A stretch of DNA of 64,000 nt from Octopus vulgaris (taxonomy: Eukaryota), in the NCBI GenBank assembly GCA_951406725.2, contig OX597836.1, positions 11,966,001-12,030,000 on the forward strand. The letters are read 5' to 3'. Numbering within the stretch: position 1 is the first letter of the stretch; every line of letters begins with the position of its first letter. The notes under the pieces were generated by a model. The model did not search any database, was not told the origin of the DNA, and was given only the letters and a program-made list of their open reading frames with translations. A program made the position numbers and the translations under genes. Of this stretch, positions 36,792 through 51,961 are shown piece by piece.

Positions 36792-36965
36792 GCGCTTGAC
36801 AACCGATACTGGTGTGTTTACGTCCCCGTAACTTAGCGGTTCGGCAAAAGAGACCGATAGAATAAGTACTAGGCTTACAACGAATAAGTCCTGGGGTCTA
36901 TTTGCTCGACTAAAGGCGGTGCTCCAGCATGGCCACAGTCAAATGACTGAAACAAGTAAAAGAGA
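36497..36965 (+). mobile_element. SINE family A with internal duplication
   Basis: Homologous to 11731-12140; gacaaccgat occurs twice around an extra microsatellite. Confidence 0.8.
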
Positions 36966-37631
36966 GAGAGTAAACCAAAAACAACAACAACAAAAAAAGA
37001 GATTGAATGGCTGTGAAGGCTCACCCAAGAAAAAATAGGGATCAGGAAGATCCACTGGCAGGAAGTGGCTGAGAACCACCGAACAGAACCCTTTCTTTTA
37101 AGGTGGTGCCCCAGCTTGGCCGCAGTCCAGTGACTGCAACATGTAAAAAGCAGAAGCAAAAAAAATACAGACAGGGTGTTTATATCTGTTTCGAGTTTTG
37201 ATTCTCCGATCAAGTCTGCTGCCTATTATTCATTGTTCTCCCTCCAACACATCCACGACCACCACCATCAACCAATCTCCTATTATGTTGTTCTATTTTG
37301 TTGTTGTTGTTGTTTTTTTTGTGCTGGTAGTTGGTGCATTTCTGGTGCAGCCATATGACGGGGGAAATAGAATCGATACGGAAAGATGTCGATTGTTGTT
37401 GTTTTGTTATTGAACGATGCAGGCACCCCTCTCGATACGTTGGAGGAGAGAGACTCTTGAATGCACTGCCAAAAGTTGAATGGGAAAACGTACAAGACAT
37501 ACGTATATATATATATATATCTACATATACAGTGTTTGTGTGTGTGTGCATATATATATATATATACATACATACATACACTCACATGTGTGTGTATATA
37601 TATATATATACACTCACAATGTTTGTAATAC

Positions 37632-37664
<33 letters not shown>

Positions 37665-37687
37665 TATAGTGTGTGTGTGTATGTGTG

Positions 37688-37718
<31 letters not shown>

Positions 37719-38574
37719 CTATATATATATATATACATACACACACACACAGATAAATATAGTGAGTGATGTGTATGTGTGTGTATATATATATATGCAC
37801 ATATAAATATAGTGAGTGTGTTTGTGTGTATATATATATATACACACACACACACTACATATATTAGATACAATATATACACATATAAATAATGTGTGTG
37901 TATGTGTGTATATATATATATACACACACACACACTTGTATACACACGTTTGTAGTGCATGTATGTGAGTGTGTGTCTGTGTACACACACACACATATGT
38001 ACTATATATATTAGATATATATATATGTGTGTGTGTGTGTGTATATATATGTATGTAATATAATATAAATTTCATATATTTTATGCATACATGATTGTTT
38101 GAATATAAATATGTGTGAGAAAGGGAAGGAGGGAGAGAGAATGAGAGATGCAATCACACATCTGCATATATATGTATACACACACACACACGCACATATA
38201 TATAAATACATACACACATATACATAAATGTAGGTACTGATTAAAAAAATGGAATATGAAGAAGTGAGGACAAAACGTTAATGGAAATAACAATTGAAGG
38301 AAAAGAAAAAAAACAAAACAACCGAAAAAATACCCCCCCCCCCCCAAAAAAAAAAAATAAATAAAAGGAAGCAAAAATGAGCAAAAGAATGAAATGTTAT
38401 ATAGATCAGAGTCTGTATATATAAAATATCATTGTGTTTGAATGAGTGTGAGAACAAGAAAATACCTAACAACCAAAAAATTTTTTGATGAATATAATTG
38501 TTAGGTGTTTTGGTGGAAGGGTTAAATTTGAAACGAATGCTGTTGTTTACCAGAGAATTAGGGTGAAAACAATG

Positions 38575-38611
<37 letters not shown>

Positions 38612-38924
38612 TAGCATTTGGACGGGTCAACTGGGGGTCTGGGAAGCCGGAAGGCTGCGCCAGGCCCAGTCAGATCTGGCAGTGTTTCTACGGCTGGATG
38701 CCCTTCCTAACGCCAACCACTCCGCGAGTGTAGTGGGTGTTTTTTACGTGCCACCTGCACAGGTGCCAGACAGAGCTGGCGAACGGCCACGAACGGATGG
38801 TGCTTTTTACGTGCCACCGGCACGGGGCCAGGCGATAATATATATATATATATACATGAAGTATATATATATGTATATATATACATGTGTGTTATATGTA
38901 TGTTCTAAAACATACACTTACACA

Positions 38925-38968
<44 letters not shown>

Positions 38969-39039
38969 CATTTTTAATTTTATCTAGTTTCAGCTCATAA
39001 GCTGTGGCCATGCTGGGTCACCGCCATATATATATATTC

Positions 39040-39420
39040 TTTTTTTACTCTTTTACTTGTTTCAGTCATTTGACTGCGGCCATGCTGGAGCACCGCCTTT
39101 AGTCGATCAAATTGACCCCAGAACTTGTTCCTTTGTAAGCCCAGTACTTATTCTATCGGTCCCTTTCGCCAAACCGTTAAGTTACGGGGACGTAAACACA
39201 CCAGCATCGGTTGTCAAGCGATGTTGGTGGGCAAACACAGACACACAAACATACACACACACATATATATATGCATATACATGACGGGCTTCTTTCAGTT
39301 TCCGTCTACCAAATCCACTCACAAGGCTTTGGTTGACCTGAGGCTATTGTAGAAGACACTTGCCCTAGGTGCCATGCAGTGAGACTAAACCCAGAACCAT
39401 GTGGTTGGTAAACAAGCTAC
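39040..39420 (-). mobile_element. SINE family A
   Basis: Homologous to 617-1020. Confidence 0.8.
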
Positions 39421-39469
<49 letters not shown>

Positions 39470-40000
39470 TGTAGTTGTTTACCATAGCTGTGTTGAAAAC
39501 AATGAAATATATATGCTTGTGAAAATGCATGTAATACAAGTATACATATCTATATCTGCATTGTTATATGAACTTGTACATACTGAGGAACACAGGAACC
39601 ACACAGATGTATATATGCACTTATGTGTGTATTCATTTTATGAGAATCTCCTCAATTTCCAATAAAATATCACACAATTATGGCTTAGCCATTGTAATGT
39701 GTTTGTTTGTGCCTCTGCATATGTGGCTGTATTTGTATATACAAATCCATCAATCCATCTGTCTGTGATGTCCTGTCTTTCTATCTATCCATCTCTATCT
39801 GTTAGCTGACCAAGCCAAATTCTCATATAAACAGTGTTATTTGTTTGACACAGGCTAAAGATGGATCATTAGCATGATTTATAAATATAGCCCATTCAAC
39901 AGGCTTCCATATAGTTTCCTTCTGTCCAATTTTACTCAGAAGTGGAGTTGGCTGACAATGGCTATATACTATGTTCTATATATGTATATATATGTGTGTG

Positions 40001-40042
<42 letters not shown>

Positions 40043-40045
<3 letters not shown>

Positions 40046-40355
40046 CGACCTTACGATCGTGAGGTTGTGAGTTCGAATCCCAGACTAGGCTGTGTGTTGT
40101 GTTCTTGAGCAAGACACTTTATTTCACATTGCTCCAGTTCACTCAGCTGTAGAAATGAGTTGTGATGTCACAGGTGCCAAGCTGTATCGGCCCCTTTGCC
40201 TTTCCCTTGGATAACACTGGTGGTGTGGAGAGGGGAGGCCGGTATGCATGGGCGACTGCTGGTCTTCCATAAACAACCTTGCCCAGACTTGTGCCTGGGA
40301 GGGTAACTTACAAGGTGCAATCCCATGGTCAGTTGTCGTGACCGAAGGGGTCTCA
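40043..40355 (+). mobile_element. SINE family F
   Basis: Homologous to 9460-9770; B box GAGTTCGAATCC. Confidence 0.75.
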
Positions 40356-40400
<45 letters not shown>

Positions 40401-41632
40401 ATATATAATGACTTTCAATTTCTGTCTACTAAATCTGCCTGGAGCTATAGTAGAAGATGCTTTCTCAAGGGGCCATGCGGTGGGGGGATTGAATCGGGGA
40501 CCACATGGCTGGGAAGCAAACTTACTACACAGGCACAGTTGTGCCGTGGAAAAACAAACCAAAACAAAAAATAGAAAAAGAACAAAAAAGACCCCCCCCC
40601 CCCCAAAGAAACCCCAAAAGCAGTTTCCATTGAATTTTTATGAGAAGACTGGTAGAATCCACTTCTGTGAATCTAAGAAAGTTCTTCGGTAATTGTAAAA
40701 TAATCCGAAATATTTCTATAATATCTGAAAGGATTACGTATTATATATATCTTCAATTGCTGACAACAAACACTAGAGTGTTGTGTGCTTTCAGAGAAAT
40801 TGCCAAAGTCTTTTATTCTGTAATATTTCATTCTATTTTATTTCATTGTATTCTTATATTTTTGCCTCCTTTTCTTTTGCTTTTAATTCAAGCAACAATG
40901 GCAAAGGAATCTAACATCTACAACAAACCATTTCTCTAAAACTTCCATTGTTTAGCGCCATTTCTCTTCTGTTCTGTCCTGCATTATAGTTAAGCAGTTC
41001 TCGTGTCGGTAATGAAGAGTTAGAAACGGTGCTTTGAATGCAGTGTTTTGTTCTTAAACACATTTATTTACCTTCCTTTTCTCTGTGCATTGTGCTTTAT
41101 ATTCATAAGCTCTCGCTAAATGCGCTGGTTTTATGCTAAGAATGGAACACAGCAAGCTACAAGACCTCTGCAATAAATCTACCTAGTTTTGCTTAAATCT
41201 GCTAAAATATTGCTTCACTTTGGGCTTCTATTCTTCCATTACCGTTGACATTGCCAGTAATGGCTCGTACATCATCGCTGCCGTCATCGTCATGATTTAA
41301 TGTTCGCTTTTCCGTGCATGTGAGGGTTGGATAAAATTTGTTGAGCTCGATGTTCTACGGCCTGATGCCTTTCCTGTTGCTAACCCTCACCTGTTTCCAT
41401 TTAAAAGTTATGTTCCCCATGACCAGACATGATTCCATGGACGATTGACAATAATGGACATGGCTTGCATTACAAAGACATTCATTTGCAACAACTATTT
41501 AAAGCCAAAAGCAAGGGGACAGTTTTACACACACACACACACACACACACACTTTTTTTTATGGTCAAGTCCGAACCTGGGCCTTTTTCTCTTTTAACTT
41601 AGTACTGATAGGGGTTGCAATATATATATATA

Positions 41633-42010
41633 TACTCTTTTACGCTTTTTTGACTGTGGGTATGCTGGAGCACCGCCTTTAGTCGAGCAAATCGACCCCA
41701 GGACTTATTCTTTGTAAGCCTAGTACTTATTCTATCGGTCTCTTTTGCCGAACCGCTAAGTTACGGAGACGTAAACACACAAGCAAGTGATGTTGGGGGG
41801 GACAAACACATACACACGCACACATATATACATATATATATATTCGACAGGCTTCTTTCAGTTTCCATCTACCAAATCCACTCACAAGGCTTTTGGCTGG
41901 CTCAAGACTATAGTAGAAGACACTTGCCCAAGGTGCCACGCAGTGGGACTGAACCCAGAACCATGTGGTTTGTAAGCAAGCTACTTACCACACAGCCACT
42001 CCTACGCCTA
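41633..42010 (-). mobile_element. SINE family A
   Basis: Homologous to 617-1043 with small deletions. Confidence 0.8.
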
Positions 42011-42305
42011 TCCAAAAGGGCTTTTTTTTTTTTCAAGCCAATGTTTACCTGCTGCTCTTATTCATACCTTTATGTAAGGTGGTGAGTTGGCAGAATTGTT
42101 AGCATACTGGACAAAGTACTCACGTTCTGAGTTCAAATTCCGCCGAGGTTGACTTTGCCTTTCATCCTTTTGGGGTCAATAAAATAAGCACCAATGGAGC
42201 ACTGGGGTTGATGTAACCCCTGCCTTGAAATTGCTGTCAGCCTCTGTGTGTGTGTGTGTAGATACATCTATATGTATGTATGAATTTGTATATATATATA
42301 CAGTT

Positions 42306-42603
42306 TGTTCCTTCTCGAGCTATGCCTGGCTCATAAGGGCCGGTTTCCTGGTTTCCTTGGCGTATAGGTTCCCCACCTGGACGGGAAGCTGGTCTATTGC
42401 AGGTGAGCTGCAAGATGCAGGAGGAAAGAGTGAGAGAAAGTTGTGGTGAAAGAATCAGCAGAAGTTTCGCCATTACCTTCTGCTGGAGCCACGTGGAACT
42501 TAAGTGTTTTTGCTCATAAACACACACATTGTCCGTTCTGAGATTCGAACCCACGATCCCTCGACCACGAGTTCACTGCTCTAACCACTAGGCCATGTGC
42601 CTC
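42306..42603 (-). mobile_element. tRNA-derived SINE (family H)
   Basis: Minus-strand head gaggcacaTGGCCTAGTGGttagagc...GGTTCGAATCtc with clear A and B boxes, followed by a ~230-bp non-tRNA body. Confidence 0.7.
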
Positions 42604-43019
42604 ATATATATATATATAGACATGCTATAAATACAGAAATAATGCATTGAAAATTGCAAATGAGCTGCAAGTATAAAGTATCCAAAAAGCGACCAACAGA
42701 CAGACAAAGAGAGGGAAAGAGAGTGTGTGAGAGAGAGTGGGGAGTGGGTAGAGAGGGATTTATATTTCTTCCATCTGTCATTTCACACCATGAAACCAGA
42801 GCCTCAGACTGCTTCACACCGATTCTTAACAGCCCTTTCACACACGCACACACACACACACACCGTAGAAGTAGATGCCGTTAATTAGTTCGTTAGCCCA
42901 CCTCACCAAATCAGTGCAACAAATAATAAAGGCCTATCGTATGATGATTAATCCAGGTAAATGCACAGTTATAAATAAGACTCTTCCTTTGGAACAATGG
43001 ATCTCGTAGCAGATCAATA

Positions 43020-43213
43020 AGGATTTCAGATTTTAGCACAAGGCCAGCAGTTTCTGGTGATGGGGTTTGGGGTTAGTCGATTACATCGACCCCTTAGGTA
43101 CTTATTTTGTTGACCCTCGAAAGGTTGAAAGCAAAGTTGATCTCGGTGGGATTTGAACTCAGGACGTAAAGATAAATGAAATGCTGCTAAGCATTCTGCC
43201 AGCTTGCTACCTC

Positions 43214-43249
<36 letters not shown>

Positions 43250-43878
43250 CCTTTCTAGTATTGGCACAAGGCCTGAAATTTTTGGGGAGGGGCCTTGTCA
43301 ATTACACCGACCCCAGAGTTCAACAGGTGCTTATTTTATCAATCCCAAAAGGATGAAAGGCAGTCGACCTCGGCAGGATTTGAACTCAGAACATAAAGAC
43401 AGACAAAATGTCGCTAAGCATTTCGCCCAGCATTGCTAACAACTCTGCCAGCTTGCCACCATAATAATAATAATAATAATAATCCTTTCTGCTCTAGGCA
43501 CAAAGCATGAAATTTTGTGGGAGCAGACAAGTCGATCATATCGGCCCCAGTGTTTCATTGGAACTTAATTTACTGACCCCGAAAGGATGAAAAGCAAAGT
43601 CGACTCTGGCAGAATTTGAACCCAGAACATAAAGACAGATGAAATGCCTATTTTTTTTTTTGCTACCCACAAGGGGCTAAAGACAGAGGGGACAAACAAG
43701 GACAGACAAATGGATTAAGTCGAATTACATCCAACCACAGTACGTAACTGGTACTTATTTAATCGACCCCAAAAGGATGAAAGGCAAAGTCGACCTTGGT
43801 GGAATTTGAATTGAAAACGTAGTGGCAGATGAAATATTGCCAAGCATTTTGCCTGGCATGCTAATGATTCTGCCAATA
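43020..43878 (-). mobile_element. Cluster of four head-to-tail SINE family B units with two tail types
   Basis: Repeated gaccccgaaaggatgaaaggcaaagtcgacctcggc..atttgaactcag, separated by (AAT)n tails. Confidence 0.75.
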
Positions 43879-43884
43879 ATAATC

Positions 43885-44280
43885 TCTTACTCTTTTACTC
43901 TTTTACATGTTTCAGTCATTTGACTGTAGCCATGCTGGAGCACCGCCTTTAGTCGAGCTAATCGACCCCGGGACTTATTCTTTGTAAGCCCAGTATTTAT
44001 TCTATCGGTCTCTTTTGCCGAACCGCTAAGTGACAGGGACGTAAACACACCAGCATCGGCTGTCAAGCAATGCTAGGGGGACCAAAAACAGACACACAAA
44101 CACATACATACATATACATATATATATATCAGTTTCCGTCTACCAAATCCACTCACAAGGCATTGGTCGGCCCGGGGCTATAGCAGAAGACACTTGCCCA
44201 AGATGCCATGCAGTGGGACTGAACCCGGAACCATGTGGCTGGTTAGCAAGCTACTTACCACACAGCCAATCCTGCACCCT
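43885..44280 (-). mobile_element. SINE family A
   Basis: Homologous to 617-1043. Confidence 0.8.
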
Positions 44281-44709
44281 AGTAATAAAATATATATATA
44301 TATATATATATATAATGTTCATAAAGTGTTCCCTTGTTGGAATAGAAACGTTTATGTTAGCTTGCTCTTAGCATCTTACATTGGTTGTGAAGAATATGAA
44401 CTTTCAGTCTTTGATGCCGATACCAGATGCTGTCAATTCCAAGGTACTTTGTGTATGTTGCAAAAATAAATTACTAGAGATTGTAGTTGAATATTCCACT
44501 AGTGCCTTACCAGTTTTGGGGGAGTTGGCAGTTTGTAGAATAAGCATGAAATAAGCCCACAGAAATTTTTGTGTGTCCCCTATTATTCAGTTCTGTTATT
44601 TGTTCTGACTTAGCAGTTTTACCGTTTTTTTGTTGTTGTTTTTTTTCTCTTCACTGTTTAGAAAAATATTTTTACACGGTCATCTGGTTTCATTTAATAC
44701 CTGCATATA

Positions 44710-46102
44710 GATGGGGTATGTGTGTATGTATATACATATATATATATATATGTGTGTGTGTGTGTATGTGTGTTTATATATCTATGTGTGTGTATGTGTG
44801 TTTATATATCTATGTGTGTGTGTATGTGTGTTTATATATCTATGTGTGTGCGTGCGTGTTTATATGTGTGCATGTGTGTGTTTATATATGGTGTGCGTGT
44901 GTGTGTATATGTGTTTGTATATGTGTGTTTATATATGTGTGTATATATGAAGTATACACGCATGTGTATATATATATGTATATGTAAGTATGTACATGAT
45001 GTATATGTGTGTGTGTATGTGTCTTTATATGAAGTATACACACAAGTGTATATATATGTGTATATGTAAGTATGTACATGAAGATGTATATGTGTGTTTA
45101 TATGTATATATATATATGTTACATATATGTAATACGTATGTGTCTGAGTATAGCTCGTGTGTGTAAATGTATATATGTACGTATATATGTGCATATATAT
45201 AATTGTGTATGTATGTATCTATATGCATATTTATGTATGTAGATATATGTTTACATATATAAGTGTATATATGTATATATATCTATACTTACAATTCTGT
45301 AAGTATATATATTTATACATACATTAGCTTGCATTATACATACACACACACATATACACATGTATACATCTGTGGTGTGTATGTTTTTGAGCATGCGTGT
45401 ATGGGTTTATATCTGTGCTCTATGAAGGGTTTTTTTTTTTTTTATATAAACAACCCTTTAACTTTCTTGGGAGACGAAGCAGATTTCAGACAGATTTCGG
45501 GGTCGACAGTAATACCCTAGAATATTTTGGTTTTGCTTAGCTAATTGTTTTTGTCTGAGATGACAAGGCGCTGTCTTGGGTTGGCCGAGGAACTCCAGAC
45601 TGTCTCTGAAATCCCTCATTCACTTTGCCTCTCTCTCTCTGTCTCTCCCTCTCTCTTTTTGTCTACCCATCTGTCTGTCTGTTTCATCTACCTATGTTTG
45701 TCTTTCTATCTGTTGGTCTGTCTATCTATATATCTATCTATATAAGGCAGCGAGCTGGCAGAAATGTTAGCACGCCGGACGAAATGCGTGGCCGTATTTC
45801 GTCTGCCGTTACGTTCTGAGTTCAAATTCCTCCGAGGTCGACTTTGCCTTTCATCCTTTCGGGGTCGATAAATTAAGTACCAGTTACGCACTGGTGGTCG
45901 ATGTAATCAACTTAATCCGTTTGTCCTTGTTTGTCCTCTCTGTGTTTAGCCCCTTGTGGGTAGTAAAGAAATATATATATATCTATCAATCTATCTATCT
46001 ATCTATCCATTTATCTTTCTATCTGTTGGTCTATCTATCTTTCTATCTGTTGGTCTGTCTGTCTATTATCCTATCTATCTATCTATCATCCTTTCTATCT
46101 AC

Positions 46103-46134
<32 letters not shown>

Positions 46135-46215
46135 TATCCTTTCTATCTATCTATCTATCTATCTATCTATTATCATCCTTTCTATCTACCTATCTATCTA
46201 TCTATTATCTTTCTA

Positions 46216-46274
<59 letters not shown>

Positions 46275-48295
46275 GCCTATCTTTCTATCTCTCTCTCTCT
46301 CTCTCTCTCTGTCTAACAATCTGTCAGCCCCTCTCTTTCACTTGCTCTATCCACCTACCTGTCTTTCTCTCTCTGATTCTCTCTCTCTCTCTCTCTCATT
46401 CTTCCACCTTTCTACATTACCATTTACCTTGTGTACACACTTCCCTCCAAGAGTCCCTGTTTCCAAGGCAACGCTTTCACCATGTGTAAACACTTCCCCC
46501 CAGGTGTTTGTTTTGTCCAAGCAGGTTTTTAACTGCCACACGTGCAAAAATAAAAGGTGCATTCCCAGCGCATACATACAACCACATACTGCACATAGAT
46601 GCACGTGTGCATATATATTTGCACAAATCAAACTAACCAGCAGGCATGCAGGTCCCTACTCTTGTATTCACACATGCGTATGCACATTCTGTTTAGGTGG
46701 AGAGCATGCATATATGCATATGTTTGCACAAATCTGTTGTGCAAGCAAGCATGCAGACTCACATCCTTGCAAGTGCACACGTGCTTAAACGCACACCTAT
46801 ATGCATGTGTGCACCTACGCACAGACAAGCACCTGCATGTATGCTGCATCATGCACATATATATATATATATACATTGCTTGTGCCGACATGCAGACATG
46901 CATCGAGACACACACGTGCGTACATGCTAACATGCCTGCATGCACGCATGTGCAGACATGCATTGTAGATGTGCATGTACTTACATATTTGTACTCTCTT
47001 GTCCTGTTGTGCATCTCTTACAAAGCATTACAAGTGATTTGCCCGTCTTCTTTTTCACGTACATAATGCACTCACATGCACACTCAATAACGCATCATAT
47101 ATCGTATACACATATCGTATACATGCGTGCGTGTGTGCACCCATTCTTTCTCTCTCTCTGTCACAAACTTACTCATTTTCTTACACACACACCCACACAC
47201 ACACATACAGTCTTCCCTACTCTCACACAACCACTCTTTCTCTCTCTCTCTCTCTCTCTCTCGCACATGCACACACACACACACATACTCTTTCCCTCAC
47301 ACAAAGACACAGCCTTTGTCTCTCTCAGACATGCATACACATACACACTCTTTCTCTCACACAAACAGGCTCTCTCTCTCTCTCTCTCTATCTCTCATAC
47401 ACACACACCTCTTTCTCTCTCACACACACATATATATATTTTCTCTCACACACACACACACACACACTTTCTCTCACACACACACTTTCACTCTCACGGA
47501 CACTCTGTCTCTCTTATACATAAACACACACACACACACACACACTTTCTCTCACACAAACACGCACTCTCTCTCTCTCTATCTCTCATACACACACACA
47601 CACACACACTCTTTCTCTCTCACACACATATATATATATTTTCTCACACACACACACACACACTTTCTCTCTCTCTCCACCCTCTCTCTCTCTGACACAC
47701 TCTCTTTCAGTCTCACACACTCATACACACTTTCTCTCTCTCTGATACTCACTCACACACACACACACACACACACCAACCCTTATGCAGCCGCACAACC
47801 CACAACCCACCCCCTCCTCTGCCGCACTCACTCACACACACGCACTGGCACATCGGTGCACATGCACATGCAGGTACGTACGCAGATCAAGCACCGAGTG
47901 AACATGCGGTTTCCCTCACTTAACCAATATGTCATCGTGCATTCGCAGTTCTGCGAACGTGCCTAATGAGCTTACATTCAAGGTGAACACAAAAACTGGG
48001 GGACGGACGGGGGAGGAGGAGTAGAGTTGAAATAAAGGGCGAAAGGATGTGTGTATATATATATATATGTATGTATAAGTATGTGTATATATGTATAAGT
48101 GTGTATATATATGTATAAGTATGTGTATATGTATGTATAAGTATGTGTATATATATATGAGTGTGTATAAGTATGTATATATATATGTATAAGTATGTAT
48201 ATATATATATAAGTATGTATATATCTGTATAAGTATGTATATATGTATGTATAGATGTCTGTATAAGTATGTATATATATATATGTATGTATAAG

Positions 48296-48346
<51 letters not shown>

Positions 48347-48880
48347 ATAGGTATGTACATATATATGTATATATATATATATATATATGTATGTATAGGT
48401 ATGTGTGTATATGTATATATTTGTATGTATAAGTATGTGTATATATATAATGTATAAGTACATGTATATTATGTATATATATGTATAAGTATCTATATAT
48501 ATGTGTATGCATAAATATATATGTGCATAAGTATGTGTGTGTGTAAATACATATATATGTGTGTGTGTTTGTAAATATATATATCCATGTATGTTTGTAT
48601 GTATGTATGTCTACATGTGTTTGTGTATGTATAATTTTGTATGTGTATGCATGTATAGGTATACAAGCTATATATATATGTACATACACATATGCGTATG
48701 TCTGTGTGTGTGTGCATATATGTATGTATATATATATATATATATATATTAATAAATAAAACATATGCATATATATATAAACATATATGTACGTACCTAC
48801 CTCTACATGTACATATACACGCATATATGAGTACAGGACACCATACACACTTACCTGTATGTTTATATATGCATGTGCAA

Positions 48881-48932
<52 letters not shown>

Positions 48933-49507
48933 ATATATATAGGTATGTATAAATATATATATGGTCTTTTATGTATATTTTGCCTCTTTCTTTTCCATAT
49001 TTCTTTGAGTTGTTTGTGCTTCTTGTCTACCTCCATTTTTCTAAAAGTATAATGATGTCCTTTTTGAATCTATATTAATATTGTGTGTGTGTGTGTGTGT
49101 GTGTGTGTACGTGTACGCGTCTGTGTTTTGTATCCGCATGCACGTGTCTCTGAACGCATGTATATGCATACTTATACACACATACACACACACACATATA
49201 ATTGCACATATGTACATATGTAGGTACATGCAGGTATGTATGTATGTGTGTATTTGTATACATATGTGTGTCTGTATATGTGTGTATATATGTATGTGTA
49301 TTTATATATATAAATGTATGTATATATGTGTGTATATACGTGTGTGTATATACGTGTGTATGTTTATATTTATTGTAAATGTGGTTTTGTTTTGTAACTG
49401 CTTTACAGTTTTTCTTACTGCTCTTTTGACTGGGAACCGCCTTGATGTGTGTGTGTGTGTGTGTGTTTGTGTGTATGTGTGTGTGTGTTTGTGTGTATGT
49501 GTGTGTT

Positions 49508-49551
<44 letters not shown>

Positions 49552-49765
49552 ACGGAGAGAAAATATCTTTATACTTATGTGCACTTTAGAATATATAGTA
49601 TAATAAATATTGCTTTATATACTATATAAGATAGTGTTGTGTATGTGTGTGTGTATATATATGTGTGTGTCTATATATATATATGGTAACTTTGTTGCAT
49701 TATATTTAATTTATATTACATTATATGACTATATGTAGATATGTAAGGATGTATGCATGTGTGTG

Positions 49766-49818
<53 letters not shown>

Positions 49819-50200
49819 GTATTTATTTATAATTGTATACTATATATGATACATTATATTACTTTGTGTTTGTAGTATATATATATATATATATACATAT
49901 GTATATATGCGAGAATAAATATATATAATTGTATATTAAATATGCTTCATTAAATATATATATATATCATTATATACTGTGTGTATAGATGTGTGAATGT
50001 ATATGTTGTACATACTCTATACACACACTGAAGCACACATGACTGTATATATTTCAGAAATCCTTAGTTGATAAGTGAGTGTGTGTGTGTATGCATGCAT
50101 CATAGGATATATATATATGTGTGTGCATGTATATGTATATATATATGTGTGTATATATGTGTGTATATATATGTGTGTGTGTGTATATGTATATATATGT

Positions 50201-50247
<47 letters not shown>

Positions 50248-50263
50248 TATACACACATATATA

Positions 50264-50297
<34 letters not shown>

Positions 50298-50305
50298 CAT
50301 ACATT
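44710..50305. repeat. Extended compound (TA)n/(TG)n/(CA)n/(CT)n/(TATC)n microsatellite field
   Basis: Direct observation; similar fields at ~32570-33300, ~37500-38230 and ~61635-61940. Confidence 0.9.
45746..45973 (+). mobile_element. SINE family B, full-length monomer
   Basis: ggcagcgagctggcagaaatgttagc...gtagtaaagaaata inside a (TATC)n-rich tract. Further diverged copies at ~24510, ~28420, ~42080, ~52325, ~60920(-) and ~62760(-). Confidence 0.85.
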
Positions 50306-51297
50306 GCTTCCTTAGTTTCCATTGAAGTTTCTTCTCTTTTCCTGTGTCTTATGAATAGAATCTGAGAAATCTCTTTGATTTACTCCTGATACTGATATGA
50401 GTTGGCGCCGACGCTGCCGTTGTCGCCAATGTCGCCGACAGTGTTGCAGATGCTGCTTGTTGGTGATGATGATGATGTTGATGATGATGTTTATGATGTT
50501 GACGATTATTTTTAAAATACCGTTTTATTATTTTTTTTTTGTTTCTTTTTTTACGTTTTATTAACAATTTTATTTTATATTTTACATTTATTTTTAATAA
50601 GTACATTAGGTAAAAATATAAGTTATTATTTCAAAAAAAATTGTCAGAAACAAAAAAAACAAAGAAGGAAATGTTTAAATAAAAACATCAAAAGAACAAA
50701 AGATGGCGGGGTGGCGAGGGGAAGGGGGGGGCAGATAACGAAAATAAAATAAATAAAGCAATAAACTTAACTAAATCTCGCAATATTTTATCGAATATGT
50801 AAATTATTTCGTTTGTTTCTTTTTGGTTTTTGTTGCTTTTGTTTTATTCGACATCCCCCGCCACTACCACAGACTCCTGCACCGCTTGCCTTTTTTCTAT
50901 TTCTTCTGCTTACCAACCAACCAACCAACCAACTTGCCAACTAACCAACCAATCAGCCAGCCAGCCAACTAACCAACCAGCCAGCCAGCCTGACCTACAG
51001 TGGTTGTAAAGATATCAATTACTTTCACTTAATCTCTTTAATAGATAAAATGTATACTTAAAAAAAAACAACAAAAACAATACAAAACAAAAACACACCC
51101 CACCCCTCCGCACCACAAAAACATAAAAAAACCCTACCATGACCTAGTTACCACCTTACCCTCCCACCACACCTTTATTTATTTATTTATTTATTTACAG
51201 GCTCCATCAAGCTATTTCTGTAGCCAGGGTGTATCCCACACCCATGGGTGTCTCCTACAGTGGTGATTTCTGCTGTTCTAGAATTTATTAGCATTGT

Positions 51298-51961
51298 ACA
51301 GATTGGCGGAAAGGAATCTTGGTGTTTGCAGAACTCTGGTTCACGACCATTCCTACCTTTTACTAGTTTCAGTCATTTGACTGCGGCCATGCTGGAGCAC
51401 CACCTTTAGTCGAACAAGTCGACCGCAGGACGTATTCCTTGTAAGCCTAGTACTTATTCAATCTCCATCTTTCGCCGAACCGCTAAGTTACGGGGAGATA
51501 AACACCCCAACATCGGTTGTCAGGTGATGATGGGAGGACACACATACGCACACACACACACACACGCATACACGAATTATTTTATTCTTTTATTTGTTTC
51601 AGTCATTTGACTGAAGCCATGCTGGAGCACCGCCTTTAGTCGAGCAAATTGACCCCAGGACTTATTCTTTGTATGTCTAGTAGTTATTCTATTGGTCTCT
51701 CTTGCCGAACTGCTAAGTGACGGGGACATAAACACACCTGCATCGGTTGTCAAGCAATGTTGGAGGACAAACACAGACACACAAACATATACATACATAT
51801 GACGGGCTTCTTTCAGTTTCCATCTACCAAATCCACTCACAAGGCTTTGGTCGGCCCGAGGCTTTAGTAGAAGACACTTACCCAAGGTGCTACGCAGTCG
51901 GAATAAACCCAGAACCATGTGGTTGGTAAGCAAGCTACTTACCACACAGACACTCCTGCGT
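51298..51961 (-). mobile_element. Two adjacent SINE family A copies (3' half plus full length)
   Basis: 51298-51560 and 51580-51961 are each homologous to 617-1043. Confidence 0.8.

Noticed and set aside
42530-42603. Possible functional tRNA gene
   Set aside because: A and B boxes are present, but there is no acceptor stem and it continues into a SINE body.
46675-46710. TFCL peptide as a possible EXT1 exon 2
   Set aside because: Continues GGEH, not VPRGRRLGS, and lies in low-complexity sequence.
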